NCBI GenBank assembly: GCA_051294905.1
Contig: CM119373.1
Coordinates: 808,001 to 872,000, forward strand
Direction of reading: 5' to 3'
Origin: Botryllus schlosseri
Lineage: Eukaryota
DNA length: 64,000 bases
Part shown: piece after piece, positions 1-13,153 of the stretch
Position numbering within the stretch: position 1 is the first letter of the stretch
Layout of the letters: each line of letters begins with the position of its first letter
Position numbers and translations under genes: made by a program
Notes under the pieces: model-generated
What the model was told of the DNA's origin: nothing
The model's database searches: none
The model's input: only the letters and a program-made list of their open reading frames with translations

Positions 1-1415
1 CCATTTGAAGTCTATATCATGTTAGTGAGGCTTGTGAGTAGCAGCTTCTCATTTTCCTACAGCTTAAATGGAATGTGGTATATCTGAAAAGGGGAAAAAA
101 ATGTAAGGTCATTTTCATGAATTCATGGTTTTCAATGTGCATTCTACCTTGCTACAAAAAATGAACAATTAATTTCCACGTTATCTGGTGGAAATTTGAC
201 AATTTCTGATTACTGTGAATTTTTGGTATTTCCAATTATGACGTCACAAGCCAAACAAGCTTAACAAACGAAATTCACATAAATTGGTTGTATAGGCCTA
301 CTGTAAATGAATACATGTTATTCAATCCAGATTTCCCATGCCAATTGGTCTGGAATTTGCAGTTTCTCTAATCATAAACCACATAACTAAAAATGAAATT
401 GTTCTCGTAGCATACTTGTACAAAAGCATCTCAATTTTTTATGCTTATAAAAGGGATCCATGCACTTCTTGAATCTCAGAGGATACTTGGAGACAAGATC
501 CTTATAATGATGGTGGCAAATATTTGTAATTTTGTCCTTGTCAATGAATGCCCTGCGACTTATCAGTTCAAGATCATTCTTCAATAAGCTTGGCACAGTT
601 ATCAACCCGGTTTTCGCGGTAAAATGTAATTTGGGGCAAATTTCTTCCAAGTTTCTTCCAATACTGCAATTTTCAAGCTGAGACATCACCTTTCTAACTA
701 TGCATTCAAATGAGTTATTTACCTGTTGAAATTAAGACAATAATGTCACTCACTCACTGAAATTGGACTAGTTACTCAGCCACAACTGTACTGTAATTCC
801 CATGGCCAGTTTACTCCATTCAGCCACCTTTAACAATCGACGCATTGTGACATCACAGTGAACAATGCCTTGAAAGTTTTAGTTCATTGTTCATCTAATC
901 CAATTCTTAATTTGAATTTTTTTACTGGTGTAGTTGGAAATTAATGAATTGAATCAATATTAAATGGAAGATAATATATTCAAGATCATTCTTTCAGAAT
1001 TTGGGCTTCTAAAATTTTTCCCCTTTTTATTTATGGGAGTGTAAACTTTCGGTACCAAAACATGCAGTAGGAGTCTTTGGTGACATTATTTTATATGATA
1101 ACATATTCTGAAATGTTTGGGCCATCAATTTAAGAATTCTTGGATACCAGTAGTATCATGTCCCCAAATTTCAGCCACGCTGACGGCTTTTTACCTTTAA
1201 AATTATGACATTGAAAAAATAATTGACTGTGTTCAATGAACCGTGACAAGGAAAATGTGCAAACTTTGAAGCCTCATAACTTCGTACTTTTTCAGAATTT
1301 TTAAAAAAAAAATTGGATTTGGCCTGTCTAAAGCTACATCAGCCAGTGTGCCAAATCCCATATAAATTCTCCAACCTTGGTGCAACCCCCTTGCTGATTT
1401 GGCAGGAAATTACCC
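1..1415 (-). mobile_element. 5' part of a DNA transposon, probably Sola2-like; intron-containing transposase N-terminus (ORF 387..689), runs off the window start
   Basis: ORF has a C/H-rich N-terminus (NCSIG...ICHHH...KKCMDPFYKH) resembling, from memory, the Sola2 transposase N-terminus. Candidate terminus at 1415 reads GGGTAATTTCCTGCCAAATCA on the minus strand. Minus-strand acceptor-like sites near 85 and 723. Confidence 0.45.
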
Positions 1416-1659
1416 AGCATCATATTCAGAGGCCGGAGTTTCTCATCCCCAGATGATGACGACATCAATGAAACAAATTCCTCGCTAGACGGATCGTCAC
1501 TGATCTCCGTTGGAATCTGTGTCAGTATCGAATGTGACTATGGAACGGAAACTCCCGTTTTCTCATTGTTAAGTCACGCTCGACTGAATCTAGCGACTTT
1601 GGTCAATCGCAGCGCAACAATCGAACAATTTGCCTTAGGTTAAATGGCATATCACACTT

Positions 1660-3457
1660 ATAGATACTCGACTTTGATAACGAAATACTCGACTTTGATA
1701 ACGAAATTTGATAACGAAATACTCGACTTTGATAACGAAATTACTAGACTAATCAGTCAGTGGCAATCTTGAAACTTGCAACAGTGTTAGATGACATCTG
1801 AAGATAGTCGCTCATCTGGGTATGCAACACAATCAAAATCAACATAGACCGTTAGCGGCTTTTGCGACAAATCCGTTACGCGCTAGGCTACGCGCACCTA
1901 TATACTCGACTTCAATAACGAAATTACCACCGTAATCAGTTAGTGGTAATCTTGAACTTTGCTACAGTGTTAGATGACATCATCAATATATACAATAGGG
2001 TCCATCAAACCACTAGGTGTCGCTAGACTTGAGGTGAAAACCGCCTTTGTTACGTATGCGGTTGCCGTATTCAGAAACCCGTAGGTTACTTTCTCGATTG
2101 TGTAAGGGTGTTTTATATGGAAAAAATGGCTACAACATATTCTACGGGGACCGTGAGCTCGCTATAAAATGAACTAAAACTTCGGAAAGCTTCTACGGAA
2201 GGAAATAAGGCCGATTTGATAACTAGGTGAGAATGTGAAATTGTCAACTAAATGTCGGCTACCAGCTCAGCACCAGAAGTTTTCGAAGTTTTAGTTCATT
2301 TTATAGCGAGCTCATGGTCCACGTAGAATATGTTGTAGCCATTATTTCCATATAAAATACCCTTACACAATCGAGAAAGTAACCTACAGGTTTCTGATAA
2401 CGGCATCCGCGTACGTAACAACGGCGGTTACCACCTAAAGTCTGGCGACACCTAGTGGTTTGATGGACCCTATTTGAAAGCTAGTCGCTCATCTGGGTAT
2501 GCAATTAAAATCCACATGTACCGATACCGGCTTTTGCTAAAAATACGTTACGCGCTTGGCTGCGCGCACCTATATACTCGTGTAAAATCTATAGTGCGAT
2601 AGTTAACTTTGCGCAAACATATGCAATATACAAATACAGGCAACTTCAAATAAGCATTTCGGCGTCGGCCATTATTTATCACCCTATGTAGGGCCCATAA
2701 GACCAACGTTTTGGGGGGCCTGACGAAGTGCTGTTACGGTCCTGCGTCCAGCCTATAGGGCTGCCTGCGGAACAGATTTTACGCAAAAACCTGTGTTGCT
2801 CTATATATTTTGAAGGTGTTTCCATAGCGGGAGAGATGACGAGATTTCGTATCTATTGTTCGGATTATGCGTTCTAACTCTGTGCGAAATTTAAAGGCTC
2901 TTCCTACACAGTTGAATCAGTAATTTCGTTACCGAAGTAGAGTATGTACTAGCTGCGCACTGTGCGCAGTGCGCACAGCCTAGCCAATAACGGATTTTTC
3001 GCAAAAGCCGGTATCGGTGTGTGTTGAATAACGAGATGAGCGACTAGCTTTCGAATTGTATGTCTTGATGATGTCATGTAATACTGCAGCAACTTTCCAG
3101 ATTGCCACTAACTGAATAGGGTGGTAATTTAGTTATCGAAGTCGAGTATAAGTATATATAGGTGCGCGCAGCCTAGCGCGTAACGGAGTTTTCACAAAAG
3201 CCGCTATCGGTCGATGTTAATTTTGATTGTGTTGCATACCCAGATGAGCGACTAGCTTTCGAATTATATATATTGATGATGTCATCTAACACTGTAGCAA
3301 ATTTCAAGATTACCACTAACTGATTAGGGTGGTAATTTCGTTATCGCAGTCGAGTATATAGGTGCGCGCAGCCTAGCGCGTAACGGATTTTTCGCAAAAG
3401 CCGCTATCGGTCTATGTTGATTTTGATTGTGTTGCATACCCAGATGAGCGACTAGCT
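1660..3457. repeat. Two arrays of a ~180-200 bp unit in inverted orientation (about 1660-2580 versus 2930-3457)
   Basis: TATACTCGACTTC...AATCAGTTAGTGGTAATCTTG...GTCGCTCATCTGGGTATGCAAC...GCGCACC on the left recurs as its reverse complement (GGTGCGCGCAGCC...GTTGCATACCCAGATGAGCGAC...GTCGAGTATA) on the right. Confidence 0.85.
1997..2471. mobile_element. Palindromic MITE with ~190 bp TIRs and a 2-bp AT target duplication (PIF/Harbinger-ISL2EU-like)
   Basis: AGGGTCCATCAAACCACTAGGTGTCG...CGACACCTAGTGGTTTGATGGACCCT, flanked by AT on both sides. Removing it plus one AT restores the host unit (CAATTTGAAAGCTAG versus TAATTCGAAAGCTAG in an uninterrupted unit). Confidence 0.8.
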
Positions 3458-4726
3458 TGATTTATATTTTTTTAAATCAATATAACAGTAGCTTTCGATC
3501 AAGACTAGATTCAGTAATTTCTGCACTCGGGAAGATGACTTTTGGATTACCAGAAATCCTAGTGCGACTTAATCAAAACAACTTTCCAATTCAGCCTCTG
3601 GAAAGCGGAACGAAGCTGCAAAATCAGTGGTTCCTTTAATAAGACGACACATTAAAATTGTATCAATAGTAATATCATGGTACAAATCGTTCGGGCACTC
3701 TTGTGCTGCGCTGGCTGCGCCTTGGGTTTGGCGCAGGCACTGCAGGTACTGTTGGGATTAGTGCAGGTGCCTGCACCCCAACAGATTGAGTGGAATGTAG
3801 GACTACTGCACTAATCCCATTAATGTGCATTATATAGTCATTAGTCACTTTGGCTGTCGCCGGTACGTTTCTTCTCATTTTGACTTCAATTTCGGTGACA
3901 CGCCGATCTCCTTGGATTTGAAATTTCACTTTGTCAACTCCATATTGCAAAGTGACTCTTGGCACAGTTCTGAACAAAAAATTCATGTATGCATTATGGA
4001 ATAATCATTTTCATCCTATTGACATTACTTGTACTATTATAGCATGAAATTTTATATATTTTAACAAACAAGCCGGATGCTCCAGACATTCTTGCATTTC
4101 TCTGAATGGAAAATGTCACGAAAGTATTTTGTACCGGTCTACGCTAAATGATCCTATCTTTGACATCAATTTGTTGTAAACATCTGATAAGTGTAACTGG
4201 TTGATTCAGCCGATGTGTAGCAAATGTGTATGTATTGATTTCTCAATGAGGTGTAATAATAATTGGATGCAACTGTACGAGCGTTATTCTCCCATTCGTG
4301 ACGGGCACGAAGCTATCATCTTCACGGTACAATAGTACTCGCGGGCCGCATGCAGTCCGCGACGTCACGACGTACTGCTGAGCATGGCAAAAGTAGCATG
4401 ATTGCTTAATCCAGTGGTTCCCAAACGATGGGGAATACAATGGTTTCTGGTGAGAAATATACCTATTTGTTTAACACTATATACAGGACAGTCTACATAT
4501 TTACGGAGACACTTGCGCAACTACCGTTACCGGTTAACTGCTCTGGAATGTATGTATCGAACATTTTATTGCGTGTTGACAAAATCTCATTTTTAAAGTC
4601 CGGGTAACCTATCTTGGCGTCACAATCGCATCCAGCACGACCAGTCTGACGGGAAATAACGCTTTCGCAAAATTTGGAGGGTTCGCGGTATCGGATCACC
4701 AAGCACCATACGTTTTATACTGCAGT

Positions 4727-5290
4727 CATAGGCGCCGACTTTTATTTTTACAGGGGGTGGCCAGATAAAAAAAAAAGGAGGAGTTTGAATAAAAAGGGAG
4801 GATTTGAGATCGTTTCAAATTAACCAGGATAACACCAATATATTACCGTTAAGTACATGCGTATGCCCATAATATATGGATAGGACAAGCTTCAGCGTGC
4901 TGACAAATTTACGCGAATAAGTATGCGTGAACTCGCCAGCGAGTAATTAGCGATTCCTTGATCCGCTTCAATATAAATTATTCACTATTCAGCAACACGC
5001 GCGAACAATTGAATACGCAACCTCGGTGACGACCAACTATTTCACATCAAAATAACGCATAACTCACTTCCTTTTGGAGACAGTCGATCGCGGCTTGATA
5101 GAAGCCAGCTTCGCAATACTTTTTGGCTATTGCAGCTTGATAGAAGCCAGCTTCGCAATACTTTTTGACTATTGCTTTGTTCACTTCGAAAAGACGTGAT
5201 GCGAAACGCTGGGATCGCCGCTCTAACAACGTTATCTCCGTTGCTTGAAAAAGAGAATCTTCATTGACTTTGATGAACAACAATGAGAAA
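4727..5290 (-). mobile_element. 3' remnant of a hAT element (ZMYM1-like group)
   Basis: Terminus CATAGGCGCCGAC matches the terminus at 54321-54333. Minus-strand peptide ...GFYQAAIDCLQKEV resembles the hAT C-terminal region and contains a 42-bp tandem duplication. Confidence 0.5.
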
Positions 5291-6341
5291 CACTAAAAAA
5301 AACTAGAGTGCATGTGATCAAAAGCAGACTATCATTTGTTCTGGGTAATATTAGCTTTTCTTTTGCCAAGCACGACCGTGACCGAACAATATGTAGATAG
5401 ATCGCTTTATTAATTCCATCGTTTAAATTTGAAATAGTTTTCTATTTCACAAGCGCCCAGGCGAGACCGCCGAAAATTAAATTTCACTGAGTCACCTTTC
5501 TCGGGCTATGGCCTTTGTTAAAGTCACCGAGACAAGAGTTTTTCTGTGATGCCTTGGGTAAAGTTTGCGGACCTAGGGGGTTCGGGGTGTGTTATTTGAC
5601 TTGTTTTAGGGAGAGCGGGTTATCGCCATGCTATTTGGCTTTTGGGGGGAAATTATTCCCGCATTGCGCAATTTTCTTGCTATGTGCCGGAAAAAATGTA
5701 ATATTTAGCGGTTTCGCCAGACCGTGTGATAAATGACAATAAAGTAACAAATTAGAGGGCTCTGCAGAAGTAGGTTACACAATGGAACCTTTCGAGTATC
5801 TCATCCCCTAATAATTCAACAAAAATTATGAATGCAACTTTTTACTGCAACTTTTGTTTAAATTGAATGCAACTTTCCCGCGATTTTATTGCAACAAAAA
5901 CTTGCCCTAGTTATAACCTTGATTGGTTGTGTGGTAGCATACGAAACATGTAGCAAACAATGAAATTAGGTATGGTCAACGAGAATGTTGATTTCACCTG
6001 TCTTGACCCAATGGATTTTCTTTTCCATGGTATCGTTATCCTGCGACAATTCCACACATTTCTCGAACGATACCCGTGCTCTTTCACAATCTCCTGAATG
6101 CAACTGGATCTGGTGCAGGGACAAAGAATTTGATCAGCTTTTTTAAGGCAAAATTGCTTTCTTTTCACACTTTGGATTTCGTCAACTAGGGATTAGTTTT
6201 AGGATGGGATTAGTTTTAGGATAAGAGAAGCAGAGTGAAATAGCGTAAAGAGAATCACAGTAACTTATGAATATATTGTCAATACTCATTTTGCGGTGGT
6301 AGCAAAGTTGCATTTTGCAATTACAAAATTAGCTACCAGTG

Positions 6342-6791
6342 CAGAGCGCATCGACAAATGATTTGGTCCTACTCCAATCCTCTTTTTTGAAAAGCTCTGG
6401 TCCGACTCAAAGCCGTATTCTAGAAATCACTGTGATCAGGATGGCTTTAAATATTGATTGAAATAATGAAAACAGGACATTAAATACTCGAAGATCAAAC
6501 CCAACCCTTATCTGAAGTAATCATGCCAACTTGGACTTAGCATGTGGTTTATTTCCATGAGCGCTTCACTTCAACTCTCGAATCGAGGTTGGAATTCATG
6601 GTCATATTATTGATAAGCATGTGGTTTATTGCCATGAGCGCTTCACTTCAACTCTCGAATCGAGGTTGGAATTCATGGTCATATTATTGATAAAAAGTTC
6701 ATATATGGCTACGACTCTGAACAAAAACGAGAAAATCACAAAAACGAGAAAATCCGACTGGATATCTAATCCAGATCCAGTCCTCGCTCTG
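6342..6791. mobile_element. hAT-type MITE
   Basis: CAGAGCG...CGCTCTG ends, imperfect 8-bp TSD (TACCAGTG/TTCCAGTA), internal 77-bp tandem duplication. Confidence 0.5.
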
Positions 6792-8468
6792 TTCCAGTAG
6801 TCATAGCTCTGTCCCACCGACTAGACTTTGACACTCAGACATAGGCGCCTATGCAACTAAATAATTCTAGATGGCTAAGTAGACTGATTAGAACAAAATG
6901 ACCGTAATCTAATTTCAAAATGCTTCGCTACTCTAATTTTTAATCTAATTTCTGCTCTCCCAAAAATGCTACAGGAGGAGAACGGATGATGAGGATCTAG
7001 TCCGATTTGATATGCGCTGAACCTGAATTGGTGTCCAACTTTTCACAAATTCAATCATTCTAATTTTGGTCTACCGGTAATTTGAAAAAAAAACTGAAGA
7101 GCTGTAATTCCAATTTTAGACCACCATATTTTGTAATCAGGAAGTGAAGGACACTTTTTCGAAACTTTCTGACTTTGAATTGTGGAGTAAAATTCAGAAA
7201 AAATGGTAAATTTGTCCCATTCGTACTAAAAGGTCGTCACTTTCGTCCGAATCACGAATTTCCTATTTAGCGTATTTAAGGCCATTTTCACTCGAATCTG
7301 TCTACTATCGTAGCTCTATAAGCTGTAAAGGAGGACGAATTGCCAAAACGGATGACATTTTCGAAAAGCTGCAAAGGAAAACGTATGGTAACTCTACTTA
7401 GTAACGACATGCACTTTCTACCCGAGAAAGTATCTTCCGTTGTACTGCAATAAATTTTAATTATGTCTACCATAATACGTGACTACTGGAATTCATGTAA
7501 AAAATTATCAGTTATTGAGTCAAAAACGTTTTTACAGACCTTCGAGTCAAAAACGTTTTTTCAGGCCAAACTACTTCGTAAGGACAGAGATAACAAAAAT
7601 AGCAATTTTTGAACGGTCATATCTTCTGTTCGATTGACCGATTTTAATAAAAATAAAATTTAATTTTATCAAATCAGAAAATAAAGTCCTGTAAGCAAAC
7701 CAATTTTCATGAAATTTTGGTGATAGTGGTTGAAATGGCCAGGGAAAACTAACATGGATTGATTCTTATGCCACGTCTTGTAAATCACCGCATTTACTTG
7801 TAATCGAGCAGAAATTAATGATGTTACTTGGGAAGAAACGATAATTACCTGACCATCTCTGCTGACAAAGGCATGCTTCTCATCGAAAAAGCAACAAGCA
7901 ACGTTACTCATACTCACTTCATCAAGAACTTTGAATGCCTCAAGGCGATCTTTGTCGTACTGAGCCTCGTTCTGCGACGTAATGGCGTAATGGGTCGCTT
8001 CCGGGATTTTATTCCACGACCGCAAAAACACGGCCAACTGCATTGCGTAATGGGTCGCTTCCGGGATTTTATTCCACGACCGCAAAAACACGGCCAACTG
8101 CAAACGAATTCTATGAGTTTCGTCTGGCAGGCTTCGATTTCTGTCAAGCAAATAGACGTTTATTGGATACGACTGGACAGTTAATGGTAGGGTCATTAAA
8201 GTATGATTTTTCCTTCAAATTTTACTGTCTACTCGATATAATTGTTAGCTTGGCTATAAACACTGCACACCAAATTTGGGTTAATTCAAAACCGTGGAAG
8301 CGGGGCTATCTGTTCATGACATCACATTGTGCTTCATCGCATTGTACATTGTGTGTGACTGTTCAGATGAAAAATATAACCCAACGATGTTATGTTAGGA
8401 AACCACATCGCTGACAACATACGATATAATTGAAAATTGGTGATATCGTTGGTGAATTAGGGCTATAT

Positions 8469-9350
8469 CAGAGGTCTCAAACTCAAATGTGCTGGCGGGC
8501 CAATTTCCTACTTTTTGATGGCGCCGCGGGGCGCAGCACCAATAACAGTGAAATTCAAGGTATTTCCAAGTAGGCCTTATTTGATGGGACTTTGGAGACT
8601 GACATTCCACACGCATCGTAAAAATGTGATTTACTAATGTGAATTCACGCCTCGCACGAAAAAGTAACATTTTTAGATATTTGAATAAAATTGTTGCTGT
8701 ACTTGGCATAGTTTGTCAAAAATAATCAGTGGTAGCGTGGACACCATGCAAGAGTACAAATGCATCAGCAGGACATCGTAAAAGCTGTCGCATCATAATT
8801 TTGCAGCTAGCAGACATTTGACGTGCCGCAATTATAGGTGAACTTTTCGAATTTTATAAAGATTGATCTGATATCAGAGCATTGGAGCAGTTATACAGCC
8901 TAATCCGGGTTACGGGCCTACTCCCGATAACTGGAATTCAACAAGTCATCACCAAGGTCAAATTAAATCAGCGTTAGATTTACCTTGGAATATTTGAACA
9001 GATCAATAACAACTTGAATATAATGATTACTCAGCCATAGCAATAGAAATGTCCAATTGCCGGAGATTCTATTTGCGTTACAGCTGTGAAGCGTAGGCCA
9101 CGACTACTTTACACTCGTCACATTTAATTGGCGATGGATAGAGAAGCAGAAGCCCAAGATGACACAGAATGTAGCCAACTATACATCAAGGGGGCAACAT
9201 AATGCCAATGGTTGCCATACCAACTGCTTAGATATCTATATCAGTTACGAAATGCAAGCTGCGATCTTTTATTATCATGTTCCACACAAGTTTGATAGTT
9301 TGTTGTGTCCGTGGTTGTACCAAAGTCACGGCGTACGGCGTCATAAAAGT
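8469..9350. mobile_element. Diverged, truncated Buster-type hAT MITE, same family as 35044-36441
   Basis: Starts CAGAGGTCTCAAACTCAAATGTGCT after an NNNTANNN site (GGCTATAT). Collinear by eye with the reverse complement of 36441->35630. Confidence 0.7.
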
Positions 9351-11510
9351 CCTTCTCCGATTGTATCTTTTGAGGCGACTCAACTCGAGTCATTTTCATT
9401 TATCCCCCATTGAGTCTGAGTTCGAGTAATTCTACAAAAGGTCACGCCCAAGTCCAAATCCACAATTTTCAGTACAAATCATCAACGGGTCATGTTTAAC
9501 CATCATAAACAAGTAACGTCACGTAGCCTAATAGGTGATCTTCCACTGCGTCGTAACTTTTGAAAGCGTGTTTGAGACCTCTGGGCTTATGGATTGATAA
9601 TTTCACTCAAAATAATTGGAATAAAAACGATGTAACATTTCCACACATCAAAAGTAGAATATCACTTGAGAATTTGAAAAAAGTATCACATATGGCATGG
9701 GACAATGTTGCTACGGTATGGAAAATAGTCAAGTATGGTGCGGAACGATTGGGGCAGGTATGGAATATGGAAGTTTCCCGTTCCATTCTATACCATGCCC
9801 TGCATCTACAAGTAGGAATTGAGCCAACATTGTTATCACTATAACAGTCAAATTTGAAGAAAAGAAATATTTTTTATAATTTTTTCCATTAAATCTTCAA
9901 CCCAGATGCAGAGAGTTGGTTAGTAATGTCGTAATTCATTTTTTCAGGACTACTCAAGTAAATTCTACCCCAAACGCATTTACTTACAGAGAGATTTCGA
10001 GTGCTTCTTTGTATTTCGAGAGGGATGTCATCACAGAACTACCGGAAGCATCTTCCTTTCGTTGCAACGCAAGCATATGGTAGTCATAGGCCTGCATGCA
10101 GATGATCCGCGTTTCCATCTGATGAAATTCTTTTTCGGAGAGACATTTTGATTCTTTTATTGATTAGGGAAATCCAATGTTGCTTTTATTTATGTCCTTC
10201 GCACTGTAACACAAACGCACAGACAAAGTCTAATCGCCTAATGGAGCGGAGCAATGTTGCTTGGGCAGTAGTACTTTTTTGTTTCATTTCTTGTTCAGCA
10301 TAAACGCTCGTTTGTTCGAACACATGTCTGTAAATTTCTTACATCGGTAGTTCTCATTAAAGACTTCTGTCGGTGATACATATAAGCTATCCAGGCGGCA
10401 GACTGGTACACCGGTAAATGGTTTGTTTTGCTCTGTGTTATACATTATAAATTGATCATGTTTCCATTGACTCGAATACAACGGCGATGTCGTATCCTGA
10501 TAGTACTCAGGGTAACGAGCATTATACCAGTACTCAGTGTAACGAGCATTATACCAGGTGACACAACAGGGTCGGCAGACCATTGGCTGCAATGTGTCCT
10601 CGAGGTCGTAGATTGCAGGCAGTGCAGTCACACTCGCGGTATTTTGTAGTAAGAGGTGACGCAACACGAGCGAACTGCCTAGGTCTGCCTCTTCCGCCGG
10701 CTCACAAGAGCCCATGCCTCCCTCGACTTTTGTCAGGTGAGCGCAGTCCGCGACATTATCCGTCAGCTGCAACGAGGAGATCGCCCAATCAACTTCACCT
10801 GACTTTCCCGCATGCTGGAGTAGAAAAATCGCGAGTAGATCTCGTCGCTGGATTTATCAGTTAGGAAAGGTACCTACCTCTAAATACCACTACTGCATTG
10901 ATCCGCCCATTCCTCGTCCATCTTTATCACTCAAATGAGTTAACCCGAAGTTGAAAGGTGGTGGAGTGTTGGCAACCCGAAGTTGAAAGGTGGTGGAGTG
11001 TTGGCAAGTTGACATTGTTTGTTCATCCATGCAATTCGAATAAAAAACTGTTGGTTGGCCTACGATTTGTCAAGCAACCTGACATACTCCGTGTCGGTGA
11101 TTCGGCGTATAGCCGTATACATACAAAACGCCGATTAGCAAAGTCTCTCGCGTTGATTCGAGTTCTGCTTGACACCGTCTTTGGAGGGTGACGAAGACAA
11201 TCAATGGTTGATGGGTAAAATGAAACGATTAATATACCTGAATAGAAATTTTATATCCAAAACTCTACGTCACCCTATTTGATGCTAGCATGATGGTAAA
11301 AGACTATACTACACTGTAAAGTACCTTTGAAGCAAGAAAGCATTGTTCGAATGGTTTGCAACAACATAGCAACACACTCAAACAGTCAGACGGAATAATA
11401 CACAATTATGATGTACGACAAATCTCATTCATGTACTAACGGGTGGTTTGATGGGAATGACTGAATAGCTGATTTTCTCGAACACGTCGAATAACTCGTT
11501 CATAGGGTAC

Positions 11511-11923
11511 CAGAGATGAGCATGGATTAGGATTAGGTTTTGAAAAAAAACAGGATTTGTGAAATTTTGTCGGATTTGGATTAGACGTTTTTTTCAGAAC
11601 GGATTAGGATTTGGATTGGATTGATCTATTTTCTGGGAGATTGAAATGTCGCGTGGCGAATGGCGACAAACTTTATTCAGATCAGTTATTAATGTACTTA
11701 TTGTTACTAAGTTATCTTGAATCAAGTGAATCGTTGGTTGTGAAAGAAAATTTTCGAATCCCTCCATAGCATGAATTAGTATTTTTTTCTGAATTTCCAG
11801 TTGGAATCGGATTAGGATTGGACATGGACTTGAATATGTAAAAGTTATGGAATAGGATTTGGATTTAAAGGTTCGGATTTGGATTGGATTAGGACATAGA
11901 AATTTCAAATCCGCTCATCTCTG
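11511..11923. mobile_element. hAT MITE with GGATT subterminal repeats
   Basis: TIR CAGAGATGAGC/GCTCATCTCTG; perfect 8-bp TSD TAGGGTAC (11503-11510, 11924-11931). Confidence 0.9.
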
Positions 11924-12610
11924 TAGGGTACTCTCTGCAAGGCAATTTTCTGCGTCAGATGAGCTTATTGCCATGATTTGGAAAACCGTCTTTAGGCAGT
12001 CACGTGGCATGGTGGTCAATATTTCGGTCTGACGAAAGCTTTTCAATAATGCATTTTTTTGTCAGCCATCACAGAATATCCTAGTTTGAAAAGATAGAAT
12101 AAATCCGTGTTAGAGACGTAGTATCTATGTTTAGATTGTGCAGTTGTGCAGCATTCACATTTAGTTAGGACCCTTTGATGTCATGTCCGGCTGGATACAT
12201 TTCGTATAGTAGTTGGCGCGAATTTGTAGTGAGAGTAGAGCCGGGAAAGTTGTTTACCGTATTTTATTCGTAAGACATTGTGTCAACTTATTAAAGATTC
12301 AAATAGCTGGTTCGTGGTACAGAACTTGAATATAGCTTTCAATACAACATCCATTGTAGCAGTATATTTATTAAACTCGAAGACTTTTCGGGTGCCTCTT
12401 TTCAAGAGTTATCGGCACACTAAAGGGATTTAAACAGATTTAAAAGCAAAACCAAAAAGGCAAAGTATGACGCAACAATCAAAATCACAGACCATGAAAT
12501 TCGCATCGTATCAATGGCAACAATAACAAACTACGAAGTATACGGACATACGGTACTATAGTAGCAGCACAATTTGTAAATAAACAATTACACGCACGGA
12601 ACAACACGCA

Positions 12611-13060
12611 CTAATGAGAAATTTGTAGGTTATAGAGGAAATCTTTCTGTCTGCATAAAATAGGTTTGCTCAACTGAATAATGGTAGACTCCAACACTTT
12701 TAAATGAAACACAGACCTACCACGCGCAATGACAGTGAACATATTGTCATCATAGTGCTGTGCACAGGCAAGGTTTTCGCTCAGATGCTGACCGATTGAC
12801 GAAGCATATGCTTGGTAATCATCATAGCAATCTGTTTTTGCAGCCAATTTGCACTGACGTGCGAGCTCCGTGCGATCATTTGCGCATGTTTTTGACCGAA
12901 TCAATTTTGGGATATGCTGCTTAATACGCTCAAACAATCTTTGAGATGTACGTCCTACATACCTACTATCACAGTGGCACTTGTATTGGTAAACAACATT
13001 ACTTGCATCAAAGGCAGGAAGTACATCTTTTCGAGAGTTGGGTAACAAGGGTTTCGTCAT
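12611..13060 (-). pseudogene. Penelope GIY-YIG endonuclease, C-terminal fragment of the PLE ORF
   Basis: SNVVYQYKCHCDSRYVGRTSQRLFERIKQH...SSIGQHL...LKVLES...KPILCRQ; N-terminus lost at the inversion junction. Confidence 0.92.
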
Positions 13061-13116
13061 ACTTTGCCTTTTTGGTTTTGCTTTTAAATCTGTTTAAATC
13101 CCTTTAGTGTGCCGAT

Positions 13117-13153
13117 AACTCTTGAAAAGAGGCACCCGAAAAGTCTTCGAGTT
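13117..13153 (+). ncRNA. Putative minimal hammerhead ribozyme motif in the Penelope pLTR (second copy 12374-12410, minus strand)
   Basis: AACTC-TTGAAAA-GAGGCACCC-GAAA-AGTCTT-C-GAGTT: stem I AACTC/GAGTT, degenerate CUGANGA box, GAAA box, near-palindromic stem III, followed by AATAAA. Confidence 0.55.

Noticed and set aside
7480..7580. Similarity to 54770-54810 (GAGTCAAAAA...TTTTTCAGG..AAACTACTT) as paired termini
   Set aside because: Same orientation, short, about 47 kb apart and no TSD; likely separate fragments of a dispersed repeat.
7669..8414. Overlapping ORFs of 77-175 aa on both strands
   Set aside because: Lengthened by a 60-bp tandem duplication; no recognisable domain.
9200..9350. 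Apparent paralogous gene fragment shared with 35630-35770 (SCDL...CCVxG)
   Set aside because: Similarity extends collinearly to the TIR, so both are internal sequence of one MITE family, not a captured gene.
10284..10864. 162-aa ORF and overlapping frames
   Set aside because: Spans a compositional junction and a 27-bp duplication; no motif I can support.
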